From the NCBI RefSeq assembly GCF_035084215.1, contig NC_090329.1, positions 101,184,001 through 101,248,000 on the forward strand: a stretch of 64,000 bases of DNA. Direction: 5' to 3'. This DNA comes from Heptranchias perlo (Eukaryota). This document shows positions 1 to 11,678 of this stretch, piece after piece. Numbering within the stretch: position 1 is the first letter of the stretch; each line of letters begins with the position of its first letter. Made by a program: the position numbers and the translations under genes. The notes below the pieces were generated by a model, which was not told the origin of the DNA, did no database searches, and saw only the letters and a list, made by a program, of their open reading frames with translations.

Positions 1-420
1 ACATGTGACCTGCCCTGTTTGCCATCACCCTTGTCATCTGATCTCCACTAACTCCCCATTCCCCAGTGCACTAAATCCAAAATCCTGGTCTTGGTTTACA
101 AATCTCCACATGGTTTTGCCCCAAACTACCTCCACAAATGTCTCAAGCTCTACATAACAATCCACAGCCCCCTTCCTGTTATCCATCTTCCCACCCCAAC
201 ACTCCTCACTCAGTGACAGGTCTGCAAGCAATCTGGGTCCTACCCTATGGAACCCACCCCCCTCTCCAAGCCTCTTGGCCTTGTTACTTTCATCCCCTCC
301 CCTCTCCCAAACAACCTATCTTTTAGACTGTGCATTTGGTCAATCATACTCTTCTTTTATCACATGGCCCATTTCTGTCCTATATGAAGAGCCTTAGGAC
401 AGGATTAATTGAATGCAAGT
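1..420 (+). mobile_element. Degenerate L2-type LINE 3' fragment
   Basis: Decayed ORF2 C-terminus (…KILVLVYKS…) followed by an L2-like tail (gaatgcaagt). Confidence 0.55.
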
Positions 421-486
421 GGCTCAAAGTATTTGGTCACTAAAATGCAACTAGAAATACAAAGTCACCTGGCAAGAACTACTCAC

Positions 487-644
487 TTATCAAAAAGCTT
501 GATTATCTTATCACTGTGTTGTTGTAGACGCTTCAAGTATTCAATTTCATCCTTGTAGCCAGCTACTGCCTGGTCATCTGCATCCTGCAGATTCACTTGC
601 TTAACAGCGTACAATTGTTTCTTCTGGTCAAGCACTTGGAACAC
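487..644 (-). CDS. TTK: TTK/MPS1 kinase-domain exon (VAIK-like lysine and alphaC helix)
   Basis: cag|…|gtgagt; [52 protein letters not shown] resembles human TTK [23 protein letters not shown]…[13 protein letters not shown]; gene continues left of the window. Confidence 0.96.
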
Positions 645-1249
645 CTGTTGGGAAAGAACCAGTTATTTGCCAGATCCTTCCAATTAAATTTTTCTCTATA
701 CACATCAAAAAAAAACCAACAGTTCACTCCATCTTCCAACTTCCTTTGCCCATCCCAATCCTGCTCATTAAGCATATTAGTAATTCAGTTGGGGAGCACT
801 GGGGGGGGGGGGGGGAAGAATTAAAGATTTATCACATTAAAAAAAAAGTTTTACTTTTTAAAAAAAGGTCACTGTTGCATCATTCTTTTAAGTGTTGAGA
901 CTGTTTCTATCAAAGAGAAAATTTGGTATTTCTTTTTAAATGTGTAACTTCAGAATTGCCAGAATGGATTTTAAAATTGATTTCCAGTTAGCCTTGGCTG
1001 CAACAGTTCTTTGTCAGATCAGGGAGAAAAGAAAATACACAAGCAGTCTAAAGATAGTCATCAGTTTCAAGGGGAGGCGCACTACTATTCGGTCAGTGTC
1101 ATTGCTTAATCAGAAACTATCCTGGCCAAGTTTGCTTGGCCAATCATGTTCTTCAAATGTTTATGTATCAAAAATGCAGACTCACGCCAGTATCAATTTC
1201 TGTTTTGGTCAGGTGTCCAATCAGATATCTCAGACAACGACGACAATAA

Positions 1250-1660
1250 CAAACGTTTATGTTGTGCCTTTAATGTAGAAAAATGTCCCATGGCAGAAGT
1301 ATAATCAGACAAAAATGGGCCTCAGGACAAGCGAGAAGATATTTTGCGGGAGGGGGGGGCGGTGACAAAAGCTTGATCACAGGGATTGGTTTTAAAGAGG
1401 GTCATAAAAAAGAGAGGGGTTTAGGGAGGAAATTCCAGAGCATGGAGCATAAAATACAAAGCTGGTGGGGCGAGGGGTGCACAAAAGCCCAGATGCAGAC
1501 AAACAGTTTAAGTGTGGGGAGGCGCAAGGCCATAAATGGATTTAAGCACAAGAATGAGAATTTTAAATTGGAAGCATTAGAAGACTAGGAAGACATTGTA
1601 GTTCAACAAGGACAAGGGTGACAGCTTTCAGAGTGGGTAGAACATGGATGGCAGTGCACA
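1250..1660 (-). mobile_element. Degenerate L2-type LINE 3' fragment
   Basis: Same tail family as 29470-30050 and 62480-62960 (…cctttaatgtagaaaaatgtccca…). Confidence 0.5.
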
Positions 1661-3379
1661 TCGTTTCTGGTGCATAATACAGTGGAAATACCTGTAGCAT
1701 TCCAGTCAACAATTTCAGTTCATAAAGAGCACTGACTTGCTGTGAATATAAATTCAAATGCTAGGTCCAAAATATAACAGAAAAGACTGCCACCTGATCA
1801 TTAGTGGTCTAAACCCAACCAGTAACACTTTTAGGAAGTTGCCCAATTAACAGATGAGAATTCAGGCAAAGCTGCACTGCCATTTTGTAAATGAATATAT
1901 GTCTTTACAGGGCAATCAAGTACAGTGGGCACCACCAATAGGCTACACAGATGTGTGGGATCTGCCAAAGGTGTTACCATACCAGTGACAGCCCCTTTCT
2001 CCTGCCTTGGCTTCTCTTAGTGGCATCAGGAACTGTATGCAAGTACAACCTAGATTTCCCAACCCAGACTACTTGCAGCCTCTGATGTACAAAACTGTAC
2101 CCATGATTTCCTCTTCTCATTTTATCCCGCACTTACACAATTGTCCAGTCATTCAGTCCTGACCTAAATCCAAGATCCATCAAGTTTCCACCTTAAACTT
2201 ATTTTAAGATCAGTAGAAAACTTGTGCTCAGACGCCCCAGCTCCTCATTTTTGACCCGATTCCATCACCTAAATTCACAGGTGTGACCAGTATGAGACCA
2301 TCGTGTAAACTTTATAGCCACAAACAACTTTGCTAGTTCCTGTAATACGATAAAAAAGCCAAATAATTGAAGAAACAAAGTTGATGTATGGTTGCAGAAA
2401 AAGCAGGACACAATTATACTTAAATAAAAAGTTTGCTTACCTCACTTACAAATCCTACTGAAACTCAAATAGAGACTACTTCAATCCTGGTTTTTAATAA
2501 GGCCAATAAATGTTTCTACAAGGCCTTGTCCCACGATCAGAATGATGTTCACCTGCCTTATATGTATCTTTTGCTTTTCTAATACCGGGCTTCTGCTTGC
2601 CCCCCACTCAGTTACTGTGCTCCTACCCACTGGAATCTCCTGTGTAATTCCCTTTGCATTGCCTACTCCCTGCTTTCAAAAATTCCTCTTCAACTGTGCC
2701 TTTGGTCCCTCATTCTAACCCTCTCCATTTTTCCCTTTTTTCATTCCTGCTTAGCATACCCTGTTTTGTGTTCAATGCAAAATGCAATATAGAAATGCAA
2801 GTTACGAAAACTATTGCAACACGTCAAAAACTTTAGATATCTTTAACGTAAACATTCATTCTAGAAAAAGTCAAATATTGCAGCATGAGCTCCATGAACA
2901 TTATAGGTGGGAACATCTAAAGTAATGCCTCATTGCAAATCACAACATAATTTTGGATGAGGAAGACCATTCAGCACATCTTGGTTTCATTCGAGAATGG
3001 TCCTAAAGCCCCCCATTGCAACATCAAATTGGCTCTTGACAATTCTATGGTTTTCACTTCCATTACGCTATCAGAGTCTATTCTATGCATTGATTACTCT
3101 GAAGATAAACCTCTCGAAACCAGCTATAAATTTGCCTTTTATTAGTTTGAACTTGTGACCCTGGGCTATTCTTGCAATTTCACAAGTATTTTCTAGATTT
3201 ACCTTTTCCATACTGTTGTTCAATTATTTTTTTTAAAAAGGGTACAATTTCATGACAATTTCTTCAACTAGAGTCTATGGTTTTCTGCTCCTGTAAAGTC
3301 TTTTCCTTACTTTACATTGGTCCCTTAAAATGCTTTCAACTGAAAATTCAGAGTGACGGAACTAAATGCAGTATATTAC

Positions 3380-3472
3380 CTTACTTGATCCTCCTGTTCC
3401 AAGTAATTTTATTATGGAGTAGACTCTCTCCTTAACCACAATACTTTCATTGTCCGCAAAAGTACCTACAAC
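3380..3472 (-). CDS. TTK: TTK exon with kinase Gly-rich loop
   Basis: 93 nt, phase 0-0, cag|…|gtaata; VVGTFADNESIVVKERVYSIIKLLGTGGSSK vs human [31 protein letters not shown]. Confidence 0.95.
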
Positions 3473-3591
3473 CTGACCAAATAAAATCACAAATTTAAAA
3501 TAAAACTTTACATTCAAATTCAGAACACAATTATTTCTCAAACTGATAGACTGTATTAAAAATTCAACTTGCAATAAATCATCATCATTAC

Positions 3592-3760
3592 CCCCAATTG
3601 TGACAGAAACTGAGAAGATCCATATTGTCTCAACTGTTGTTGCGGTGTTGCTGGAGTAGGTGGGAAACTGGTGTAAACTTGGGAAACTGGTGTAAAGTTG
3701 CATGGAGTTGAAACCTGCGTTGGGGCCAGTGAAGATTTCCTCACATCTGGAGTCTGTGAA
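3592..3760 (-). CDS. TTK: TTK exon, S/T-P-rich linker
   Basis: 169 nt, phase 2-0, ttttttttaag|…|gtaatg; SQTPDVRK…STP…PATPQQQ; phases fit both neighbours. Confidence 0.8.
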
Positions 3761-3884
3761 CTTAAAAAAAAATTTCCAGAGCATTTAAATAGTTTGGAGA
3801 TTAAATTTAAGACAAGGTGAAAGACACGTTTTAAGAATGCATTGCACATAACTTCAACAAACATTTAACAGACAAGATTATTAC

Positions 3885-4030
3885 CTGCTTGTGTTGTGAC
3901 GGAGCAGTTTGGTGCAGGGTGTCTGACAAACAGATGCTGTTGGAACTACACATTTACCAACACCACTAGCGGATGGAACTTTTTTTGGAGCAAGCATTAC
4001 ACCAGCCTTTTTAACTATTGCTCCATTAGC
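3885..4030 (-). CDS. TTK: TTK exon, middle region
   Basis: 146 nt, phase 0-2, tacag|…|gtaata; open frame ANGAIVKKAGVML…CQTP…. Confidence 0.78.
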
Positions 4031-4074
4031 CTGTATTTAAAAAAAGTGAATTAATACTTGTTTTAAAAAAAAAA

Positions 4075-4702
4075 TAGGAGCAGGAGTAGGCCATACAGCC
4101 TCTCAAGCCTGCTCCACCATTCAATAGTTTCATTAGAGAATGGTCCTAAAGCCAGATCTTTGACCTCAACTCCACTTTCCCATCCCAGAGTCCAAAAATC
4201 TAGCGATCTCAGCCTTGAATATACTCAACAACTGAGCAATCACAGCCCTCAGGGGAAGAGAATTCCAATGATTCACAACCCCGAGTGAAGAAATTCCTTA
4301 TCCCAGTCCTACACGGCCGACCCCTTATCCTGAGACTACACCCCCTGGTTCGAGACTCTCCAGCCAGAGAAAACAGCCTCTTAGCATCTACCCTGTTAAG
4401 CCTCCTCAATCTTGTATGTATCAATGAGATCACCTCTCATTCTTCCAAACTCCAGAGAATGTAGGCCCATTCTACTCAATCTCTCCTCATAGGACAACCC
4501 ACTCATCAATCTAGTGAACCTTCCTTTCACCGCCTCTAAGGCAAGTATATCCTTCCTTAGGGTAAGGAGACCAAAACTGTACACAGTACGCCAGGCATGG
4601 TATCACCAAAGCCCTGTACAATTGCAGCAAGACTTGCAGATACAGCAAGCAATTAGGAAGCAAAGGGTATGTTGGCCTTTATTGCAAAGGGGTTGGAGTA
4701 AG
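4075..4702 (-). mobile_element. 5'-truncated CR1 LINE with 5' inversion
   Basis: CR1 ORF2 C-terminus (RKDILALE…YEERLSR…RGDL) and 3' UTR on minus; 4634-4702 is the adjacent upstream segment in the opposite orientation. Confidence 0.8.
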
Positions 4703-5221
4703 CATCTTAACTTTCTATGCTTCGAGTACAAGGACACCAAATCTCTCAAAGAACATCAAACAGAGCTGTTCTGGAATTAGTGTAGCCTTAATGGGGTTTT
4801 GACATTTGCAGCTACATGCATATTCAGGCTACCAGCTAACTTTAGCACAAGGAAGGTTAATAGCTAGAAAGCTATGGTTACAGTGAAACCCAACTTTCAC
4901 TGGTGGGTCCAGTCAAAATTACATGATTGCTGTTAATCAACATCTTGGATTTGATTATGATTATTAGGGATGATCAAATCTCCAGCACAAAGGTTGGTAA
5001 GGCTTTATGTACCAGTGTTCATAATGTGATCACATTTGACATTACAAGGATTGGAGAAGGTCATAAAAACCCAAACTAAACGATAAGTGCGTTAAGTTGG
5101 TCCTCTTAAAATTCTAAGAAGTTTGGTCAGAGTAGGCCTGATAGGTTTGAATATGGCTGGGGGCGTGGAAAAACTATAGAATTCCTTCAAGGAGGTGATT
5201 CTGAATGCAATGGACCAATGT

Positions 5222-8200
5222 CTTTTTGCATTCGTTCATGGGATGTGGGCATCACTGGCAAGGCCAGCATTTATTGCCCATCCCTAATTGCCCTCGAGAA
5301 GGTGGTGGTGAGGCGCCTTCTGGAACCGCTGCAGTCCGTGTGGTGAAGGTTCTCCCACAGTGCTGTTAGGTAGGGAGTTCCAGGATTTTGACCCAGCGAC
5401 GATGAAGGAACGGCGATATATTTCCAAGTCGGGATGGTGTGCGACTTGGAGGGGAACGTGCAGGTGGTGTTGTTCCCATGTACCTGCTGCTCTTGTCCTT
5501 CTAGGTGGAAGTGGTCATGGGTTTGGGAGGTGCTGTTAAGAGGCCTTGGCAAGTTGCTGCAGTGAGTCATGTGGGTGGTAAACACTACAGCCACCGTGCG
5601 CCAGTGGTGAAGGGAGTGAACGTTTAGGGTGATGGATGGGGTACCAATCAAGCGGGCTGCTTTGTCCTGGATGGTGTCGAGCTTCTTGAGTGTTGTTGGA
5701 GCTGCACTCATCCAAGCAAATAGAGAGTATTCCATCACACTCCTGACTTGTGCCTTATAGATGGTAGAAAGGCTTTGGGGAGTCAGGTGAGTCACCTGCC
5801 GCAGAATACCCAGCCTCTGACCTGCTCTTGGAGCCACAGTATTTATATGGCTGGTCCAGTTAAGTTTCTGGTTAATGGTGACTGCCAGGATGTTAATGGT
5901 GGGGGAAATCAGCGATGGGAACATCGTTGAATGTCAAGGGGAGGTGGTTAGACTCTCTCTTGTTGGAGATGGTCATTGCCTGGCACTTGTCTGGCACGAA
6001 CGTTACTTGCCACTTATCAGCTCAAGTCTGGATGTTGTTCAGGTCTTGCTGCATGCGCGCACGGACTGCTTCATTATCTGAGGGGTTGCGAATGGAACTG
6101 AATGCTGTGCGATCATCAGCGGATATCCCCATTTCTGACCTTATGATGGAGGGAAGGTCATTGATGAAGCAGCTGAAGATGGGTGGGCCTAGGACACTGC
6201 CTTGAGGAACTCCTGCAGCAATGCCTTGGGGCTGAGATGATTGGCCTCCAACAACTACTACCATCTTCCTTTGTGCTAGGTATGACTCCGGCCACTGGAG
6301 AGTTTTCCCGCTGATTCCCATTGACTTCAATTTTACTAGGGCTCCTAGTAATGCTGCATTGATGTCAAGGGCAGTCACTCTCACCTCACCTCTGGAATTC
6401 AGCTCTTTTGTCCATGTTTGGACCAAGGCTGTAATGAGGTCTGGAGCTGAGTGGTCCTGGCGGAACCCAAAATGAGCATCGGTGAGCAGGTTATTAGTGA
6501 GTAAGTGCTGCTTGATAGCACTGTCGAAGACACCTTCCATCACTTTGCTGATGATCGAGAGTAGACTGATGGGGCGGTAATTGGCCGGATTGGATTTGTC
6601 CTGCTTTTTGTGGACAGGACATGCCTGGGCAATTTTCCACATTGTCGGGTAGACGCCAGTGTTGTAGCTGTACTGGAACAGTTTGGCTAGAGGGGTGGCT
6701 AGTTCTGGAGCAAAAGTCTTCAGCACTACAGCCGGGATGTTGTCGGGGCCCATAGCCTTTGCTGTATCCAGTGCACTCAGCCGTTTCTTGATATCACGTG
6801 GAGTGAATCGAATTGGCCGAAGACTGGCTTCTGTGATGGTGGGGATATCGGGAGGAGGCCAAGATGGATCATCCACTCGGCACTTCTGGCTGAAGATGGT
6901 TGCAAACTCTTCAGCCTTGTCTTTTGCACTCACGTGCTGGACTCCGCCATCATTGAGGATGGGGATGTTTACAGAGCCTCCTCCTCCCGTTAGTTGTTTA
7001 ACTGTCTACCACCATTCACGACTGGATGTGGCAGGACTGCAGAGCTTTGATCTGATCCGCTGGTTCTGGAATCGCTTAGCTCTGTCTATCGCATGTTGCT
7101 TCCACTGTTTAGCATGATTATAGTCCTGAGTTGTAGCTTCACCCAGGTCGGCACCTCATTTTTAGGTATGCCTGGTGCTGCTCCTGGCATGCTCTTCTAC
7201 AGGGTTGATCCCCTGGCTTGTTGGTAATGGTAGAGTGAGGAATATGCCGGGCCATGAGGTTACAGATTGGCTCACAGCGCCTCATGGATGCCCAGTTTTG
7301 AGCTGCTAGATCTGTCCTGAATCTATCCCATTTAGCACGGTGGTAATGCCACACAACACGTTGGATGGTGTCCTCAGTGCGAAGACGGGACTTCGTCTCC
7401 ACGAGGACTGTGCGGTGGTCACTCCTACCGATACGGTCATGGACAGATGCATTTGCGACAGGTAGATTGGTGAGGACGAGGTCAAGTAAGTTTTTCCCTC
7501 GTGTTGGTTCGCTCACCACCTGCCACAGGCCCAGTCTGGCAGCTGTGTCCTTCAGGACTCGGCCGCTCGGTCAGTAGTGGTGCTACCGAGCCACTCTTGG
7601 TGATGGACATTGAAGTCCCCACCCAGAGTACATTCTGTGCCCTTGCTACCCTCAGTGCTTCCTCCAAGTGGTGCTCAATATGGAGGACTGATTCATCAGC
7701 TGAGGGAGGGCGGTAGGTGGTAATTAGCAGGAGGTTTCCTTGCCCATGTTTGACCTGATGCCATGAGATTTCATGGGGTCCAGAGTCAATGTTGAGGACT
7801 CCCAGGGCCACTCCCTCCTGACTGTATATCACTGTACCGTCACCTCTGGTCGGTCTGTCCTGCCGGTGGGACAGGACATATCCAGGGATGGTGAAGGAAG
7901 AGTCTGGGACGTTGGCTGAAAGGTATGATTCTGAGTATGGCTGCATCAGGCTGTTGCTTGACTAGTCTGTGGGACGTCTCTCCCAATTTTGGCACAAGTC
8001 CCCAGATGTTAGTGAGGAGGACTTTGCAGGGTCGACTGGGCTTGGTTTGCCTTTGTCGTGTCCGGTGCCTAGTGGTCCGATGCCGGCTGGTCCATCCGGT
8101 TTTATTCTTTTTATGACTTTTTTAAGCGAGATTTTACAACTGAGTGGCTTGCTAGGCCATTTCAGAGGGCAATTAAGAATCAACCACATTGCTGTGGGTC

Positions 8201-8419
8201 TGGAGTCACATATAGGCCAGACCGGGTAAGGACGGCAGGTTTCCTTCCCTAAAGGACATTAGTGAACCAGATGGGTTTTTACGACAATCCGATAGTTTCA
8301 TGGCCACCATTACTGATACTAGTATTTTAATTCCAGATTTTATTTAATTAATTGAATTTAATTAATTGAATTTAAATTCGCCAGCTGCCGTGGCGGGATT
8401 TGAACTCATGACTCCGGAT
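5222..8419 (-). mobile_element. tRNA-headed APE+RT LINE, copy A (frameshifted; truncated inside the head)
   Basis: ORFs 7482-7946 (APE), 6022-6933 (RT: NYRPISLLS, GVPQGSVLGP, ADD) and 5271-5924; B box retained at ~8396-8407; possible TSD aatgt at 5217-5221 and 8420-8424. Confidence 0.9.
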
Positions 8420-8424
8420 AATGT

Positions 8425-9860
8425 AGAGCCATGCAAAGCAAAGCTACCAAGCTAAAAGACATTAATATCTGGCTGAATGGGACTACCAAGCAACTCAAAG
8501 AAGAAAAAAGGCTTCTCTGGCCATGAAGGAAATTGGCACAGAATTGAGATGGATTCAATACCAATAGGCATGCCAAGACTGTAAAAAAGGCATCAGAATG
8601 GCAAAGAAAAATGTCAAATTGAATATGGCAAGAGGAGTGAGGATACTAAGTTTTTTTTAGTTATATTAAGAGAAAAATAAAAATGAGGGATAGAGTGGGG
8701 CGACTGAAAGCAAGATCATTGAGGGCATGACAACTGATATTTCTTGCTTTTTGCGGCTGGTGTACTAAGTTTTTTGTCTCTGTTTTCACCGGAGGAGGCA
8801 GATAACTGATTTGATTTGAAAAAGCAAAGAAGGTGTTGCAGAGTTAACTTGTGACACGATTCACATTAAACTAGCATGGTTGCCGAACAGCTGTCCAAAT
8901 TTAAGGTAAGTAAATCTGAGGCTGGCTAAGATGCATCCGAGGATCCTTAATGAACTAAGGCAGAAAATTGCAAAAACTCCGGCACAAATCTCCAAGAAAT
9001 CACTGAATAGTGGAGAGGGGCCTGGTGACTGTAGAAAGGCAGATATTACTCCTATTTTTAAAAAAGATAGCAAAAGTGACCCAGAAAACTACAGACGTCC
9101 ATTGTGGGTATAGTTGTGGAAGCCCTTGTTAAGGATAAGATTTAGATAAGATAAGGCAAGACAAAACACATCGGGATAGAAATAAAATCATAGAAGATAG
9201 CCAATATTGCTTCATGAAGGGGAGGTCGTCAATCTAATTTACTGATTTTCTTTGAGGGTTGTGACAAATGAACTTGACAGGGTTACGGCAGTGGATGTGG
9301 TGTACTTCGATTTCAGTAAGGAAATTGATACATTTCCTCTGGAAAGGCTAATACTGAAAATAAAGAAAGCGGGAACTGGTGTATATTCTACAATAGGTAC
9401 ATAACTGGTTGACCAATAGAACCCAGAAAGGTGGTGATACATGGATGGTCATCAGCCTGGGAGCATGTTACATCGGAATCTGCTTTGGAAACTATTTTGT
9501 TTCATGCCTTCATAAATGATCTGGAGTTAGTAAATTACAAGCAGTGGCTAAATTTGCAGATGATACAAAGCTAATGAAGATGGTAGATTCTAAAGCTGAG
9601 CAGGATAAACTACAGGAGGATTTGTATATACCTGGGAATTGGGAAGAGAGGTGGCAGATGTAATTCAATGTAGAGAAATGCAAAGTGCTTCACAGGGGGA
9701 CAAAAAAAAAATCCAGGAAAGGGTTATTACTTAAATAGATAGAAAATATGTATGGAAAATGAGATCTGGGGGTCCTGATTTACAATAAATCAAATTATCG
9801 CAGCAATGCTTGGTGGCAATGAGTAAAGTAAATCAGATGATTTCAACAGTAGAAATCAAC
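8425..9860 (+). mobile_element. Old degenerate CR1 LINE (its upstream part, ~4750-5220, is split off by copy A)
   Basis: HPRILNEL…KADITPIFKK…PENYR, VDVVYFDFSK and KFADDTKL remnants. Confidence 0.75.
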
Positions 9861-10104
9861 AGTTTCCTGGTATTCGGCAGCACTTGTCAGACCAGTTAGA
9901 TTTTAGAACTGTACTGACAAGTGCCAGAAGCGGTGTCAACAGGTACTTGTTAAATCTGTCATGCCCGAGCTCCATAACGGTCACTTAGAGAAATTTGGGA
10001 GCGAAGAAAAAGAGTTGCAATAAAATTATAATTCCTGCCTGCAAAAAAGAAACAATACTATAAAAAAAAAACCTACTGTAGTTGTAAAAAAATGTATATG
10101 TTAC

Positions 10105-10277
10105 CTCAGGTGAAATGTAATCAAACGCACTGCCAAATATTTCTCTCTCCTTCGCAGCAAAACAACCTTGTTTCTTGATTACGCCAACACTGTGTGTCTT
10201 GTATTCCTTTAGCTCCTTTTCTTTCAGCTTGTCAGATTTTAGTTCACATTCTTCTTGCTTAATTTGGTCAGGAATTT
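10105..10277 (-). CDS. TTK: TTK exon, charged middle region
   Basis: 173 nt, phase 1-0, ttttgtcttacag|…GAG|gtaaca; lies within ORF 9985-10317. Confidence 0.8.
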
Positions 10278-10348
10278 CTGTAAGACAAAAGCCATGCTTC
10301 TTACCTATATTCCACATTCAAAAAAGATCAGTAGCTCATCGGGGAGGG

Positions 10349-11210
10349 TGTTGAGATCGGGTCCCCTGTTTATGGGCACTCCGCCTTAGGTTACCCTTCC
10401 AATAATTTGCTTGGCGGTCCCAAGTGAGTATAACAAGGCTTTATTATAACGTCAGCAGAATCATCAATACACAGTATTTAAGCGACAATAACAGAATACA
10501 AGATTGCTATTACCCGGTTCCAAGTCTTCTGGACAACAGTGGAACACAGTAGATCTTGTTCTCTACTGTGTTTAAATCTTTTGTACTTTTTCATTTATAC
10601 CTTTCGTTACGCTTTTATTGGACACGCCCACTCTTGCCTTAGCTGAAACTCATCTAAAATACACAGGCCGAGTGCCTTTGCTCGATTTGGCTTTAAACAG
10701 CTTGTAACTTACAAAGATTGCTGTGTCCTTGTTTGCCTCAATTAAGTGTGAATTTCCTGTACTTGATAAACAAATGACAAAGATCAATCAAGTAACAAGG
10801 TCAAAGGCCCTTAAAGTAATTCAACAGTTAACATGATTATCTTTGTTTCCTTTGCTTGATAAGACAGAGCTGGTCAAAACTTCTTATCTTATACTTTCCC
10901 GGGCAAACATGTGGTCTCAAATGACACTATTTGCATCTATCCAATAGAAAGTCAATTGCTAGGCAGGGACATGTTTTGATTTCTTTGATTTGACGATTAC
11001 CTTGTACAGGATACTTATTGGTGACAATTGCTTCGTACAGACTGACCATCTCAATGAATGACATCTGTTCCCTGATCAATAGAGATCTCTTATCAGTAGG
11101 ACTGCCAGTTCTTGTGGATTTTATATTCCTTTCTTCTATTTGACCCTTTGTACACTGGGCATTTTTTTTAGTATCAGCTAGCTACTTTTATTCCCTTATC
11201 TTATCTTACA
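10349..11210 (-). mobile_element. Solo LTR (862 bp)
   Basis: TG…CA termini (TGTAAGAT…ATCTCAACA on minus); flanks gaggg/ggggg; TATAAAT 10593-10599 and AATAAA 10440-10445 on minus. Confidence 0.75.
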
Positions 11211-11678
11211 GGGGGTGAAAGAAGTTGGGATGAGAGAAGGGAAGATACAAAGAAAAAGGAAGAAAAAACCTAGCAATTTAATCTTCAAATGCTTTTTACT
11301 GCCAAACTCCTCTCAATGTAACCAGACTTTGAACGATTTGGATCTTTTACAAAAGATTTGTACAGTAGATGTCAAATTAAGTTCAAATAGATAAACTTAA
11401 ATCATACAACACCAAACCAGGCCATATATTACAGTAGTTATTGCAGTAATAAAAGAGTTATTGAAAATCACAATGGAAAGCTGCCAGTGGCATCTCTACA
11501 TCGTAGTATTGATCATTATTCCAAGGAAAGGATATCATTGCCCAAGAGAGCCAAGCATAGTGCAAAATGATATTAAGTCTCAAATCCAAGTCATGAGTAA
11601 AGGTTGTGAGTTTGGCTCGCTCTCTTTCAAGGTTCCATAAATAAGCTTTCAAAATTGAAGAAGAGGTTTGATAACATT

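Noticed and set aside
3362-3864. ORFs 3362-3784 and 3556-3864 as standalone genes
   Set aside because: Each is a TTK exon read through into intron.
5748-8229. Recurrent antisense ORFs in the LINE copies
   Set aside because: Shadow ORFs of RT/APE coding sequence, repeated only because the copies are homologous.
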